A stretch of 64,000 nt of DNA from an uncultured Bacillota bacterium (GCA_948466255.1 CAOJZV010000007.1:563-64562), one strand, 5' to 3'; positions 20,284 to 30,127 are shown, counted from the stretch's first letter. Numbers and translations are program-made. Notes: generated by a model from the sequence alone, not told the origin.

Positions 20284-20748
20284 ATGAACAAATTTATGAA
20301 AATTGCTATTAATGAAGCAAAAATAAACGAAAATAACAATTTTAAAGATGGCGGGCCATTTGGTGCTATAATTGTTAAAAATAATAAAATTATTGCCACA
20401 GCCCACAATACTGTACTAGAAAATCACGACCCAACTGCTCATGCCGAAATAAATGCTATTAGACATGCATGTAAAATATTAAAAACACACGATTTAAACG
20501 GTTGTCAAATATATACAACTTGTTTTCCATGTCCAATGTGTTTATCTGCTATCATTTGGGCAAACATAAAAGAAGTATATTACGGAAATACTAAAGAAGA
20601 TGCTAATAATATCGGATTTAAAGATCAAAAAATATATGAAGCATTAAATAATATAGAAAATAACCAAGAAATTAAATTTATTCAAATTGATAGAGAACAA
20701 ACCATTAAATCATTTAAAAAGTTTGAAAATAACCCAAATATATATTAA
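20284..20748 (+). CDS. guaD: Guanine deaminase (CDA-fold, GuaD-like)
   Basis: GGPFGAIIVKNNKIIATAHNTVLENHDPTAHAEINAIR and CFPCPMCLSAIIWA align closely with my recollection of B. subtilis GuaD. Similar length, 154 aa. Confidence 0.75.
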   Translation: MNKFMKIAINEAKINENNNFKDGGPFGAIIVKNNKIIATAHNTVLENHDPTAHAEINAIRHACKILKTHDLNGCQIYTTCFPCPMCLSAIIWANIKEVYYGNTKEDANNIGFKDQKIYEALNNIENNQEIKFIQIDREQTIKSFKKFENNPNIY

Positions 20749-20759
20749 GGAGTATTAAT

Positions 20760-21452
20760 ATGACCTATAATAAAAAACAATACCCGGAACTAATAAAAGA
20801 TTTATATAAAAACAAAGATGAAAAATACAAACAATTTCATTCAAAATTGCTTAAAAATAATAATATTAAACTAATAGGCATTAGAACTCCAGAATTAAAG
20901 AAATTAGCTAAAGAAATAAGTAAAAATGATTACAAAGGTTTTATTAAACAAAACACCCATAAAACATATGAAGAATGTGTTTTACACGGACTAGTATTAG
21001 GTTATATTAAAATAGAAGAGGATGAACTATTTAAACTTATAGATGAGTTTATTCCATACATAGATAATTGGGCCACGAATGATCTCACAGTTTCAAACTT
21101 AAAACAATTTAAAAAAATAAATATAGAAAAAATAGATAAATATCTTAATTCAAATAATCCATGGGAAATTAGATTTGGATTAACATTGATTTTAAGCTAT
21201 TATATAAAAGAAGAAAATTTAAATAAAATATTCAGTATATGTGATTCTATTACAAATACACATTATTATGTACAAATGGCCAATGCTTGGTTGGTATCAA
21301 CATGTTTTATAAAATATCCAAACGAAACATTAAAATATTTAAAAAAATGTAAATTAGATAAATTTACAAAAAATAAATCGATTAGTAAAATATGTGATTC
21401 GTATAGAGTATCACTAAATGATAAAAACGAAGTAAAAAAACTTAGAATATAA
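20760..21452 (+). CDS. DNA alkylation repair protein (AlkD-like HEAT-repeat glycosylase family)
   Basis: The KYKQFHSKLL...IGIRTPELKKLAKEI pattern and the later WEIRFGL...AWL..C repeats are typical of the family. Confidence 0.65.
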   Translation: MTYNKKQYPELIKDLYKNKDEKYKQFHSKLLKNNNIKLIGIRTPELKKLAKEISKNDYKGFIKQNTHKTYEECVLHGLVLGYIKIEEDELFKLIDEFIPYIDNWATNDLTVSNLKQFKKINIEKIDKYLNSNNPWEIRFGLTLILSYYIKEENLNKIFSICDSITNTHYYVQMANAWLVSTCFIKYPNETLKYLKKCKLDKFTKNKSISKICDSYRVSLNDKNEVKKLRI

Positions 21453-21459
21453 ATTAAAT

Positions 21460-21485
21460 AGTATGATATTTATCATACTTTTTTA
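21460..21485 (+). terminator. Rho-independent terminator after the alkD-like gene
   Basis: AGTATGATA-TT-TATCATACT followed by TTTTTT. Confidence 0.65.
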
Positions 21486-21519
21486 ATATTAAAATGCATA
21501 AATTTATGTAGGTGAGAAC

Positions 21520-22272
21520 ATGTCTAACATAACTGTCGCATTTATTCTAACGTTAATTGCTGGCCTTTCAACAATGTTGGGTTCTATTTTAATATTTTTA
21601 AAAGACAAAAGGGGAGTAGTATTAAAATACTCTCTTAGTTTTGCTGCTGGAGTAATGATATGTGTTTCCATAATAGATTTAATTCCTGAATCAATTGAAT
21701 TATTATTTAGTGAAAATAAAAACAATACATTTTTATTGTCGTTTATTTGTATTATAATTGGAATGCTTTTATCATTTACAATAGATAAAATTATTCCAGA
21801 AAACAAAGATATAAAAAACAGCAATTTATTTAAAGTAGGAATATTTTCAATGATAGCAATAATACTACATAACATTCCTGAAGGAATAGCTACCTTTTTA
21901 TCATCTGCCACAAACATTAAATTAGGAATAACGCTTACAATCGCCATAGCACTTCATAATATCCCAGAAGGTATAAGCATCTCCGTTCCTATTTTCAAGG
22001 CTTCTAAAAGCCATAAAAAAGCATTATTCTACACATTTATATCTGGTATGTCAGAACCATTAGGTGCAATACTAGCATTTATCTTTTTAGCACCTATTAT
22101 TAATGATACTATTATGGGAGTATTATTATCATTAATAGCCGGTATTATGATGCACATTGGAGCAATCAAACTACTACCAACTGCATTAAACTTTAATAAT
22201 AAAAAAATGATAACCTTTTTCTTTATTATTGGTATATCATTTATGTATTTTAGCCATATATTAATGAATTAG
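21520..22272 (+). CDS. zupT: ZIP-family zinc transporter ZupT
   Basis: Two HNIPEGIA/HNIPEGIS motifs. Eight TM helices. About 250 aa. Confidence 0.85.
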   Translation: MSNITVAFILTLIAGLSTMLGSILIFLKDKRGVVLKYSLSFAAGVMICVSIIDLIPESIELLFSENKNNTFLLSFICIIIGMLLSFTIDKIIPENKDIKNSNLFKVGIFSMIAIILHNIPEGIATFLSSATNIKLGITLTIAIALHNIPEGISISVPIFKASKSHKKALFYTFISGMSEPLGAILAFIFLAPIINDTIMGVLLSLIAGIMMHIGAIKLLPTALNFNNKKMITFFFIIGISFMYFSHILMN

Positions 22273-22635
22273 TTAATCAAATGTAAACCTTAACAATTGT
22301 AAAATAGGGGAATCTATCCATTATTTTTTGTAATATAGTTTTTACTAAATATGTGTTTATAATACACAAAAGTTAATAATAATTAACAAGTATATTTTAA
22401 TTATAACTAACATCTAAATTTTATCCAATCATCAAACAACATAAAAATAATTATAAAGTATTATTTATATCATTTATATTTCACACGCCTATATAGCTTT
22501 TTCTAAATCAATGCCCCCTATTTTTTATGTATAATAAAAAGAGGGGAGTATATTAAAAACACAGACGCATTCTAAGCAAAAAAACTTTCATTAGATGGAT
22601 AGTTATTCATCTCGATTAAAAATAGAAAAGGCATT

Positions 22636-22648
22636 ATTTCCCGGAAAT
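22636..22648. promoter_or_regulatory. Palindromic box ATTTCC-C-GGAAAT, copy 1
   Basis: A 6-1-6 inverted repeat read directly. An identical copy lies 47 bp downstream. Confidence 0.35.
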
Positions 22649-22682
22649 ATATAGAAAAAACAAATATATTTAAAAAAATAAA

Positions 22683-22695
22683 ATTTCCCGGAAAT
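22683..22695. promoter_or_regulatory. Palindromic box ATTTCC-C-GGAAAT, copy 2
   Basis: Identical 13-mer (14-mer if the following A is included) to copy 1. Both lie in an ORF-free gap of about 580 bp. Confidence 0.35.
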
Positions 22696-22856
22696 AATTT
22701 AAAATTGAATTAATTTATAATAACAAGCGATAAGAGTATTTTAATTAATATTACATATAGAGTAGTGTACATTAATAGATGAAAAAACTATCCATTTATA
22801 TATAGATAGTTTTAATTTTATATTAACAAGTTAACATAATATATATTATAGGATTT

Positions 22857-23639
22857 TTAATTACCAACTTTTCTAGATTGAATTTCAACAATTTTAGCTA
22901 ATACTTCTGCAGCGTTTGCTTCATCAATACCAGTATAACCTAACTCTTTTAACGCTTGTACTTTAGCGGAATTGATTTCTAATGTACGGCTCATTTTATC
23001 TTCTAATTTTTGTTCTATTTGTTGAACAAATCTCTTGTGAGTTGCAGCTATTTTAGATTTACTAGCGCTACCACCATGATATAAAGTTATAGCTGAGAAT
23101 AAAATACTTTCAAAAATAAATTGTTCATTTTCATCATATACAAATTCATAAGGTTTAGTAAATCCTGCAGCTTTAGACATATAAGCTAAAATATATTTAA
23201 GTTCTTTAGAACTCTCCATTGTTTGTAAATAATGATATAAATATAAAATAGAATTATATCCACTTTCATCTTTATCATCACTCAAGCGTTCCTTAAGTTC
23301 ATCAACAATATTGTGAAGTAATTCTTTTTGTTTAGGTTCTAATCCATTAAAAATAACATTTGTGTCTGTAACATCACTTTTATTATTATTTTCAAACAAA
23401 CTAGTTACACGAGTTTCAACATCCATGATGTAATCAGTATCAACTTTAATATCATTAATATCTTCAGCTGATTTAACACCTAAGATATTTAATAAAATAA
23501 CTTTTTTATCTTTTGGCCATTTATTAATATCATCTAATTCTAAATAATTATATATCATTTGTCTAGATACCCCTAGACATTTTGCCAATTTAACCTTTGA
23601 AATTCCTAGTTCTTTTAATATTTCGTTCAATCTTTCCAT
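22857..23639 (-). CDS. XRE-family helix-turn-helix transcriptional regulator with an uncharacterised C-terminal domain
   Basis: N-terminal HTH LKELGISKVKLAKCLGVSRQMIYNYLE. The remaining 190 aa or so are not recognised. It is the last gene of the - strand run that contains the glycan genes. Confidence 0.6.
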   Translation of the reverse strand: MERLNEILKELGISKVKLAKCLGVSRQMIYNYLELDDINKWPKDKKVILLNILGVKSAEDINDIKVDTDYIMDVETRVTSLFENNNKSDVTDTNVIFNGLEPKQKELLHNIVDELKERLSDDKDESGYNSILYLYHYLQTMESSKELKYILAYMSKAAGFTKPYEFVYDENEQFIFESILFSAITLYHGGSASKSKIAATHKRFVQQIEQKLEDKMSRTLEINSAKVQALKELGYTGIDEANAAEVLAKIVEIQSRKVGN

Positions 23640-23751
23640 GATTCAACCTCCCTATTATTAATTTTATCACATCCATTAAAAATGTCAAGTAAAATGTAAA
23701 GAAAAAGTATATGTTTGATATATACTTTGACTAGAATATTTTATAAATAAT

Positions 23752-24852
23752 TTATTCATATTTAGAAATAATAGCATCAGCAATACGAGCACTTGCTTTA
23801 CCATCACCATATGGATTAGAAGCATGACTCATTTCATTATAAACTTTTTTATCATTTAATAATTTTTTAGTTTCTTGATAAATAGTTTCCTCGTCGGTAC
23901 CAACTAATTTTAAAGTACCAGCATCAATTCCTTCAGGTCTTTCAGTAGTATCTCTAAGAACTAACACAGGTTTCCCAAGTGATGGCGCTTCTTCTTGAAC
24001 ACCACCAGAATCTGTTAAAATAATATAACTTTTATTTATAAAATTATGGAAATCAATTACTTCAAGTGGTTCAATCAAACGAACTCTATCAGTATCTCCA
24101 AACACCTCATTAGCAACTTCCCTAACTTTAGGATTCATATGAATTGGATAAACTACTTTAATATCATCATGTTCATTAACAACCCTTTTTATTGCTCTAA
24201 AAATATTTCTCATAGGATCACCTAAGTTTTCTCTACGATGAGCAGTTAATAATATCATTCTGCTATCAGAAGCCCATTTTAAAACCTCATGTTCATAATT
24301 ATCTTTAACAGTTGTTGCCATGGCATCAATAGCGGTATTTCCAGTAACATATATTTTTTCTTCAGGAATTTGTTCTTCTAATAAATTACCCTTGCTAACC
24401 TCTGTTGGGGCAAAAAACATATCGGTCATTCTATCAACCATTTGTCTGTTCATTTCTTCAGGGAATGGTGAGTATTTATTCCAAGTACGAAGACCTGCCT
24501 CAACATGTCCAATATCAACTTGATTATAAAAAGCCGCAAGAGCACCAGCAAATGTAGTAGTTGTATCTCCATGTACTAAAACAATTTGTGGTTTTTCTTT
24601 TTTAATAACATCTTCCAAGCTAAGTAATGCTCTGGTTGTTATTTCAGCCAAAGTTTGGCCCTGTTTCATTATATTCAAATCATAGTCTGGAACAATATCA
24701 AACACTTCCAACACTTGATCAAGCATTTCACGATGTTGTGCAGTTACGCATACAACACATTCAATTTGCTCTCTTTTTTTAAGTTCTTTCACCAAAGGAG
24801 CCATTTTTATAGCTTCGGGTCTAGTACCGAATACAGTCATAACTTTAATCAT
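23752..24852 (-). CDS. mnaA: UDP-N-acetylglucosamine 2-epimerase (non-hydrolysing)
   Basis: MTVFGTRPEAIKMAPL, HVEAGLRT, TAHRREN and TDSGGVQEEAPSLGKPVLVLRDTTERPE. Confidence 0.92.
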   Translation of the reverse strand: MIKVMTVFGTRPEAIKMAPLVKELKKREQIECVVCVTAQHREMLDQVLEVFDIVPDYDLNIMKQGQTLAEITTRALLSLEDVIKKEKPQIVLVHGDTTTTFAGALAAFYNQVDIGHVEAGLRTWNKYSPFPEEMNRQMVDRMTDMFFAPTEVSKGNLLEEQIPEEKIYVTGNTAIDAMATTVKDNYEHEVLKWASDSRMILLTAHRRENLGDPMRNIFRAIKRVVNEHDDIKVVYPIHMNPKVREVANEVFGDTDRVRLIEPLEVIDFHNFINKSYIILTDSGGVQEEAPSLGKPVLVLRDTTERPEGIDAGTLKLVGTDEETIYQETKKLLNDKKVYNEMSHASNPYGDGKASARIADAIISKYE

Positions 24853-25567
24853 TTTTATTCCTCCTATTTAAAGCTTTAAACATAAATTTAACATTACTGT
24901 CATAAAATCTTTTAATTCTTTTTGGTTCGCAAGCTATACGATAAAGCCATTCTAAATTTAATTTAATAAATATTTTAGGGGCTCTTTTTTTATGACCACT
25001 CATCACATCAAATGATCCCCCTACGCCTACAAAAATACCTTTATCAAATCTATCCAAATGTTTATATATTAATTTTTCCTGGGCAGGAATTCCTAAAGCA
25101 ACCAGCACAATATCAGGCTTCACACTTACAATTTCATCAAACACCTTATCTTTATCTTCTTTATATCCATTACTACTACCAGCAATTGTTAAATTTGGAT
25201 ATTTTTCTACAATAGTTTTAATTAAATCATCAATAACTTCTTGTTTAGACCCAAATAAATAAATAGATTTTTTTTGTTTATTTCCTTCTTCTAACAATTG
25301 ATTGGCAATATCTATACCAGCAATTCTTTCTTTTATATTATAACCAAGCATATTAGCTGTTTTTACAATAGCAATTCCATCTGGAACTAAAATTGTATCT
25401 TCATCTAATAGCAAAGTATTAATTTCATTATCATCTTTTGATTTCATGAAAGTTTCAGGATTAGCTGTAACAATAAACTGTTTTTTATTATTTTTTAACC
25501 ATTTTGACATCTCTTCATTAAAATCATCATTACCGTTTTTATATAATTTACTAAATAACTTCTTCAT
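24845..25567 (-). CDS. tagA: WecG/TagA/CpsF-family glycosyltransferase (probable ManNAc transferase for the linkage unit)
   Basis: TANPE, PDGIAIV, LVALGIPAQE, VGVGGSFDV..G...RAP and NLEWLYR. Start at the ATG after GGAGGG; the ORF track start at 25615 is probably too long. Confidence 0.8.
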   Translation of the reverse strand: MKKLFSKLYKNGNDDFNEEMSKWLKNNKKQFIVTANPETFMKSKDDNEINTLLLDEDTILVPDGIAIVKTANMLGYNIKERIAGIDIANQLLEEGNKQKKSIYLFGSKQEVIDDLIKTIVEKYPNLTIAGSSNGYKEDKDKVFDEIVSVKPDIVLVALGIPAQEKLIYKHLDRFDKGIFVGVGGSFDVMSGHKKRAPKIFIKLNLEWLYRIACEPKRIKRFYDSNVKFMFKALNRRNKND

Positions 25568-25641
25568 AGCTACCCTCCAATTATAATTATAACATGATAC
25601 ATGGTAGTTTCGCAACCTTAAACATAAGGCAAAACCATAAA

Positions 25642-26661
25642 CTATTTACAAATTTCTTTAATAATTCCGCCACCTAAACATTCATCATTATCGTAAAATA
25701 CACAAGCTTGTCCTGGAGTCACTGATTTTACACCTTGAGGATACTTTACAAGTAAGTTTCCATTTTCCATTTTAGAGATAAATACTTTATTATCATCTTG
25801 TCTATATCTAAATTTGGCTGTACATTCATTAGGCAATTCACCTAATAAATTAACATCTTCAACAATACACTCATAGCTGATTAAATAACTGTTTTCGTTT
25901 CCTTCAGTTACATATAAAATATTTTTACCTAAATCCTTTTTACAAACAAACAATCTATCTTGAGTTCCTCCAACATCAAGGCCTTTTCTTTGCCCAATAG
26001 TATAATACATTAATCCTTTATGTTCTCCCAAAACTTTACCAGTTTCAATATTAACAATTTCCCCTGGAACAGAATCAATATTTTCTTTTATATATTCTCT
26101 AAAACCACCTTTACCAATAAAACATACATCAGTTGATTCTTTTTTACTTGCAACTGGCAAATTGTATTTTAAAGCAAGTTTTCTAACTTCATCTTTAGTT
26201 AAATTCGCAAGTGGAAATAAAACTTTATTTAACTGTTCTTTTGTTAAATTATATATAAAATAACTTTGATCCTTATTTTTGTCATTTGCCTTATACAATT
26301 TACCATCTTTAATTAAAGCATAATGACCTGTTGCAATATAATCAGCATTATAATTTAAAAGTTCATCATACATAAGTCCGAATTTAATATATTTATTACA
26401 TAAAACACAAGGATTAGGAGTAAGTCCATTTTTATAATCATTTATAAACCTATCTTTGATTATTTGTTTAAATTTATCCCTTAAATCAAGTAAATGAAAT
26501 TCTATTCCGAGATAATCACAGACTTTTTTAGCATCTTCATACTCAAAATCATCATTAAGAAGCATAGTAAGGCCAATTACTTCATAACCTTGATCTTTTA
26601 ATAAAGCAGCTGTAACCGCACTATCTACTCCCCCGCTCATTCCTACAATAACCTTCTTCAT
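25642..26661 (-). CDS. mnmA: tRNA 2-thiouridine(34) synthase
   Basis: PP-loop VGMSGGVDSAV, NPCVLCNK..KF, and C-terminal TPGQACVFYD. Confidence 0.93.
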   Translation of the reverse strand: MKKVIVGMSGGVDSAVTAALLKDQGYEVIGLTMLLNDDFEYEDAKKVCDYLGIEFHLLDLRDKFKQIIKDRFINDYKNGLTPNPCVLCNKYIKFGLMYDELLNYNADYIATGHYALIKDGKLYKANDKNKDQSYFIYNLTKEQLNKVLFPLANLTKDEVRKLALKYNLPVASKKESTDVCFIGKGGFREYIKENIDSVPGEIVNIETGKVLGEHKGLMYYTIGQRKGLDVGGTQDRLFVCKKDLGKNILYVTEGNENSYLISYECIVEDVNLLGELPNECTAKFRYRQDDNKVFISKMENGNLLVKYPQGVKSVTPGQACVFYDNDECLGGGIIKEICK

Positions 26662-26707
26662 CTAAACCACCTATACATATTATACAAAAAAAATGATAGA
26701 AAATCTA

Positions 26708-27337
26708 TCATTTTAAAACACCTGTAATAAAACCTAATAGTTTAGGAACAATGTACACTTCATATAAACTAGTTATAATAAGTAAAATTAAAGACACACC
26801 TAACACTATCATATATCTATGCATTATACACTTTAAATCAAGCGGTTTTTTAGAAGTAATACATTTGATTAATTTGTAGGATATTATAAGCGCATAAGCC
26901 GTTAAAAGTATAAATATCAAGATATTAATAATATGATGCGGGAAAGCATAAACTAATGCCAAAATTATACCTTTAAATCCGAAACTAGCAATTATGCTAC
27001 TTATCGAAAACCCTAATATAAAAGCTTTCATAAACAACATAAATATAACAACAAAAAAACCAATAATAGATATACCTAAAACCCACATAATAAGTGCAAA
27101 TCCAACTGTAAAGACTAAAGTATTAATAATAGAAGTATCATAATTCAATTTGTCGTCTTTAGCATTGTCAAAAAAATTACTTAAATAATCTAAAACCATT
27201 TTTTTATCATTAGAATCAATGATTGTAGAAAAAATTGATCCAGCTACTATTCCCACAATTACTATAACCAATAGAAAAACAAATAAATTTTTATTGATGT
27301 GAATATTTCTTTTTAACTTGTCCATATATTTTTTCAT
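26708..27337 (-). CDS. spoIIM: Stage II sporulation protein M
   Basis: About 209 aa, polytopic. The SpoIIM/DUF95 pattern is an N-terminal TM helix, then FF.N.K.. and FPHHIIN. Another sporulation gene, spoIVB, is present in the window. Confidence 0.6.
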   Translation of the reverse strand: MKKYMDKLKRNIHINKNLFVFLLVIVIVGIVAGSIFSTIIDSNDKKMVLDYLSNFFDNAKDDKLNYDTSIINTLVFTVGFALIMWVLGISIIGFFVVIFMLFMKAFILGFSISSIIASFGFKGIILALVYAFPHHIINILIFILLTAYALIISYKLIKCITSKKPLDLKCIMHRYMIVLGVSLILLIITSLYEVYIVPKLLGFITGVLK

Positions 27338-27428
27338 AATCTATCTCCTTGATAAATTATATTATTTTAAAATAAAAATATTCCAAAAATTAAAAAAACA
27401 TAGTATAATTAAAACAGAGGTGTTTATT

Positions 27429-27575
27429 ATGAGCAAGAATAAAAATAAGGAAAAACAAAAGAAAAATAAAAAACCAATTAATTGGACTAAATTATTTACC
27501 AGAATAATAGTTTGGTTTATGCTTCTAGTTATGGTAGCATTCTTTATAACTACAATTGTTTGGGGATTAAATTAA
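27429..27575 (+). CDS. Small Lys-rich single-pass membrane protein, 48 aa (DUF4044-like)
   Basis: MSKNKNKEKQKKNKKPINWTKLFTRIIVWFMLLVMVAFFITTIVWGLN. RBS AGAGGTG. Followed directly by a perfect terminator. The longer 27318 start in the ORF track overlaps the start of spoIIM. Confidence 0.45.
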   Translation: MSKNKNKEKQKKNKKPINWTKLFTRIIVWFMLLVMVAFFITTIVWGLN

Positions 27576-27605
27576 AAATACACTAAAATTAATTAGTGTA
27601 TTTTT
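27574..27605. terminator. Bidirectional terminator
   Basis: Perfect 12-bp stem AAAAATACACTA-(8 nt)-TAGTGTATTTTT between convergent genes. Confidence 0.7.
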
Positions 27606-29211
27606 AATTTGGGTAATTAGTAATTCCAAATACCACTATATTAACAAATTCAGGAACATTAACAATTAGCATGCCTATACATAATAAAATTAAAACACTT
27701 TTTTTTATTAAGTCGTTTTTAACCACAAAATCTATAAATAAATAAATTAAAATTACAAATGCCCAACCGAAATATAAATTATATAAGTTAAGTCCATTCT
27801 CAGTGCATCCCCAACCAACAATGCATAAAACAATAAATGAGAAAACTATCCAAAGTAAAGAAATTATTGCCATCTTGTTTTTACGATTTAAAAACGCACT
27901 TATTAAACATATCAATAAAATCAAAATACCAGTTTTACTAAAATGATAAACACTTTCAATATAATATGATAAATGGGGTGTCCCCTCAGCAATAGTAGGC
28001 ATTGTATCTGCAGGAATAGCAAAAAAAATGCCTTTTACAAAAGTTAAATATTGCATAAGTCTCTCAGAAAAACTTAAGCCTTCGCCAGCAAAAGAATTTA
28101 ATTGTAACATAATAGAATCAACAAATAAAAATACTACAGGTAATTGTCCAAAAATAATGATTATAGCTACAAACACAAGAAAACAAATAAACGCATTAAT
28201 AAACCAATCTTTTAAATTTTTTGTTTTAGATAAAAATGGAAATAAAATTCCTGAAGTAATAACCGTTCCAACTGCCCCTAAATATGTATAATTAATTTTC
28301 CATTTAGAATAGAAAAAAGAATATATGACTAAAACAATATAAAAGAGAGTAATAATATATTGTTCCAAAATAAACGCAAATGAAATAATTCCAAATGTTG
28401 ATAAGAAAAACAAAAAGAATAAAATTTTGTTTTTATCATTAACACCGATTAATCGCACCAGCATAATTAAAGTTACAGCCATAATAACAAGTTGGATGCT
28501 AGTACAAAAAACAGCATAACAATTCGGAATAAAGAAAAATACCTGACTTAAAATTTTGGCTAAAACACCAAAAGGAAATGCAAACAATCCAAATAAAGGT
28601 TGTTTTGCAGGGTCATTCAAAGGCGAATTTAAATTAAAATATGTATCATAAAAATATGTAGCTGAACTATCAGAGGTATAAATAATATCCCAATTTATAC
28701 CCTCTACATAATAAAATGCAGAAGTAAAAAAATAAATTATAAATGTTAATACAAAAGAAACAATAGAAAAAATTATTAAAAACTTCTTTTCAATACTTGT
28801 TAGGCTTTTAAAAAAGTTCAATATAATTGGTACAAATTTTTTCAGTACTAAATAAATAAAAGTGGTAGTAGCAATTGTGGCAAAAAATGAAATAATTTGT
28901 AAACTAAATAAAGAAAAACTATAATACTCACCAATAAACGGCTTGGTTAAATGATAATTATAGTAAAAACTCATTATATAGCTTGAAAGTAAAAAAGAAA
29001 TTCCACAACAAAGTAAATCAATTTTCTTTATTTTTTTTAATATAAATTTCACAATAATGAGCGAAACAATGCAGGAAGCTGCAAATGAAACAATCATTAT
29101 CCGTTTTTCACAAGTGCGAAGTAAAAATAAAGTTAAAGCTGGAATTGAAATAAATAATATACATTTAAATATAAATTCTAATCTATTAGATAAAGTTAAA
29201 TACCTACTCAT
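27604..29211 (-). CDS. Large polytopic membrane protein, 535 aa; candidate GT-C-type glycosyltransferase using a lipid-linked sugar donor
   Basis: More than 12 predicted TM helices. Strong RBS AGGAGGG. Only 11 nt downstream of the UbiA-type gene. No catalytic motif could be confirmed by eye, so the call is contextual. Confidence 0.35.
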   Translation of the reverse strand: MSRYLTLSNRLEFIFKCILFISIPALTLFLLRTCEKRIMIVSFAASCIVSLIIVKFILKKIKKIDLLCCGISFLLSSYIMSFYYNYHLTKPFIGEYYSFSLFSLQIISFFATIATTTFIYLVLKKFVPIILNFFKSLTSIEKKFLIIFSIVSFVLTFIIYFFTSAFYYVEGINWDIIYTSDSSATYFYDTYFNLNSPLNDPAKQPLFGLFAFPFGVLAKILSQVFFFIPNCYAVFCTSIQLVIMAVTLIMLVRLIGVNDKNKILFFLFFLSTFGIISFAFILEQYIITLFYIVLVIYSFFYSKWKINYTYLGAVGTVITSGILFPFLSKTKNLKDWFINAFICFLVFVAIIIIFGQLPVVFLFVDSIMLQLNSFAGEGLSFSERLMQYLTFVKGIFFAIPADTMPTIAEGTPHLSYYIESVYHFSKTGILILLICLISAFLNRKNKMAIISLLWIVFSFIVLCIVGWGCTENGLNLYNLYFGWAFVILIYLFIDFVVKNDLIKKSVLILLCIGMLIVNVPEFVNIVVFGITNYPN

Positions 29212-29221
29212 ATGTTCCCTC

Positions 29222-30100
29222 CTAAGTTAAAATCACTACCATTATTAAAATATAGACTAAAATTGATAAAATGATGTATTTATTATGAAACACCACATCA
29301 ACTGGATCACCAAATGAATTTTTTTCAACAGCCAAGCTATATTGAAATAAAATAATCATTACAAGCGGAACAGTCCAAATTAATAAATCATTGTTAATTC
29401 TAGAAATAATAGTTGGATCAACTGTCCACATTGAATAAAAAACAACAGTTAATGTCAAACAAACATACATACTTTTATCTAAAAATTCTTTATTATAAAA
29501 TTTTAATACTTCCCTAGTATTTTTATTACTTTTAATAATTTCATTTCGACGTTTACCGAACCCCATATAAAACGCTCCTGACATAACCGTTAAATATAAC
29601 CAATTTGAAATAGAAACATCAATTAAATAAGCACCAAAAAATAATCTAATTAAAAAGCCTAATACAAGAACAACTACATCAACTAAAACTATATTTTTTA
29701 AAAATTTTGAATATAATAAATTTAAAATAATATATAAAATAACAAATAAGAAAGCTATAGAGTTAACACTTAATTTTAATAAAAGAAGAGCCATAAGAAA
29801 AACTAATATTACAAGTATAAACATTACAATATAGGCATTTTTAATACTAATTTTTTTAGAAGCTAAAGGTCTATTTTTTTTCACGCTGTGAAGTCTATCT
29901 TTTTCAACATCATTAATATCATTAAATACATATATGATAGAACTGGCAAACGAAAATAAAATAAACCCAACAATACAAATAGTGACTTTAGACAAATCAC
30001 TATAAAAACCACCAAAAAAAAGAGGAACAAAAATCAATAGATTTTTAATATAATGTTTTACTCTTATTAATTTTAAATAATTTTTTAATTTTTCAAACAT
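29222..30100 (-). CDS. UbiA-superfamily polyprenyl-phosphate phosphoribosyltransferase (DPPR-synthase-like)
   Basis: N-terminus LIRVKHYIKNLLIFVPLFF, Asp-rich motif NDINDVEKDRLH..K..RPLAS, and a second motif region FYMGFGKRRNE. The pattern matches the Rv3806c-like subfamily rather than the quinone or heme prenyltransferases. Start at the ATG after GGAG. Confidence 0.65.
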   Translation of the reverse strand: MFEKLKNYLKLIRVKHYIKNLLIFVPLFFGGFYSDLSKVTICIVGFILFSFASSIIYVFNDINDVEKDRLHSVKKNRPLASKKISIKNAYIVMFILVILVFLMALLLLKLSVNSIAFLFVILYIILNLLYSKFLKNIVLVDVVVLVLGFLIRLFFGAYLIDVSISNWLYLTVMSGAFYMGFGKRRNEIIKSNKNTREVLKFYNKEFLDKSMYVCLTLTVVFYSMWTVDPTIISRINNDLLIWTVPLVMIILFQYSLAVEKNSFGDPVDVVFHNKYIILSILVYILIMVVILT

Positions 30101-30127
30101 TATTACCACTCCTTTATTATTAAAATA

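Noticed and set aside
22636-22695. The twin ATTTCCCGGAAAT palindromes as CodY boxes (AATTTTCWGAAAATT).
   Set aside because: Only about 10 of 15 positions match, and the central TTCCCGGAA core differs from TTTTCWGAAAA. They lie downstream of both flanking genes rather than in a promoter. Kept as an unexplained palindrome instead.
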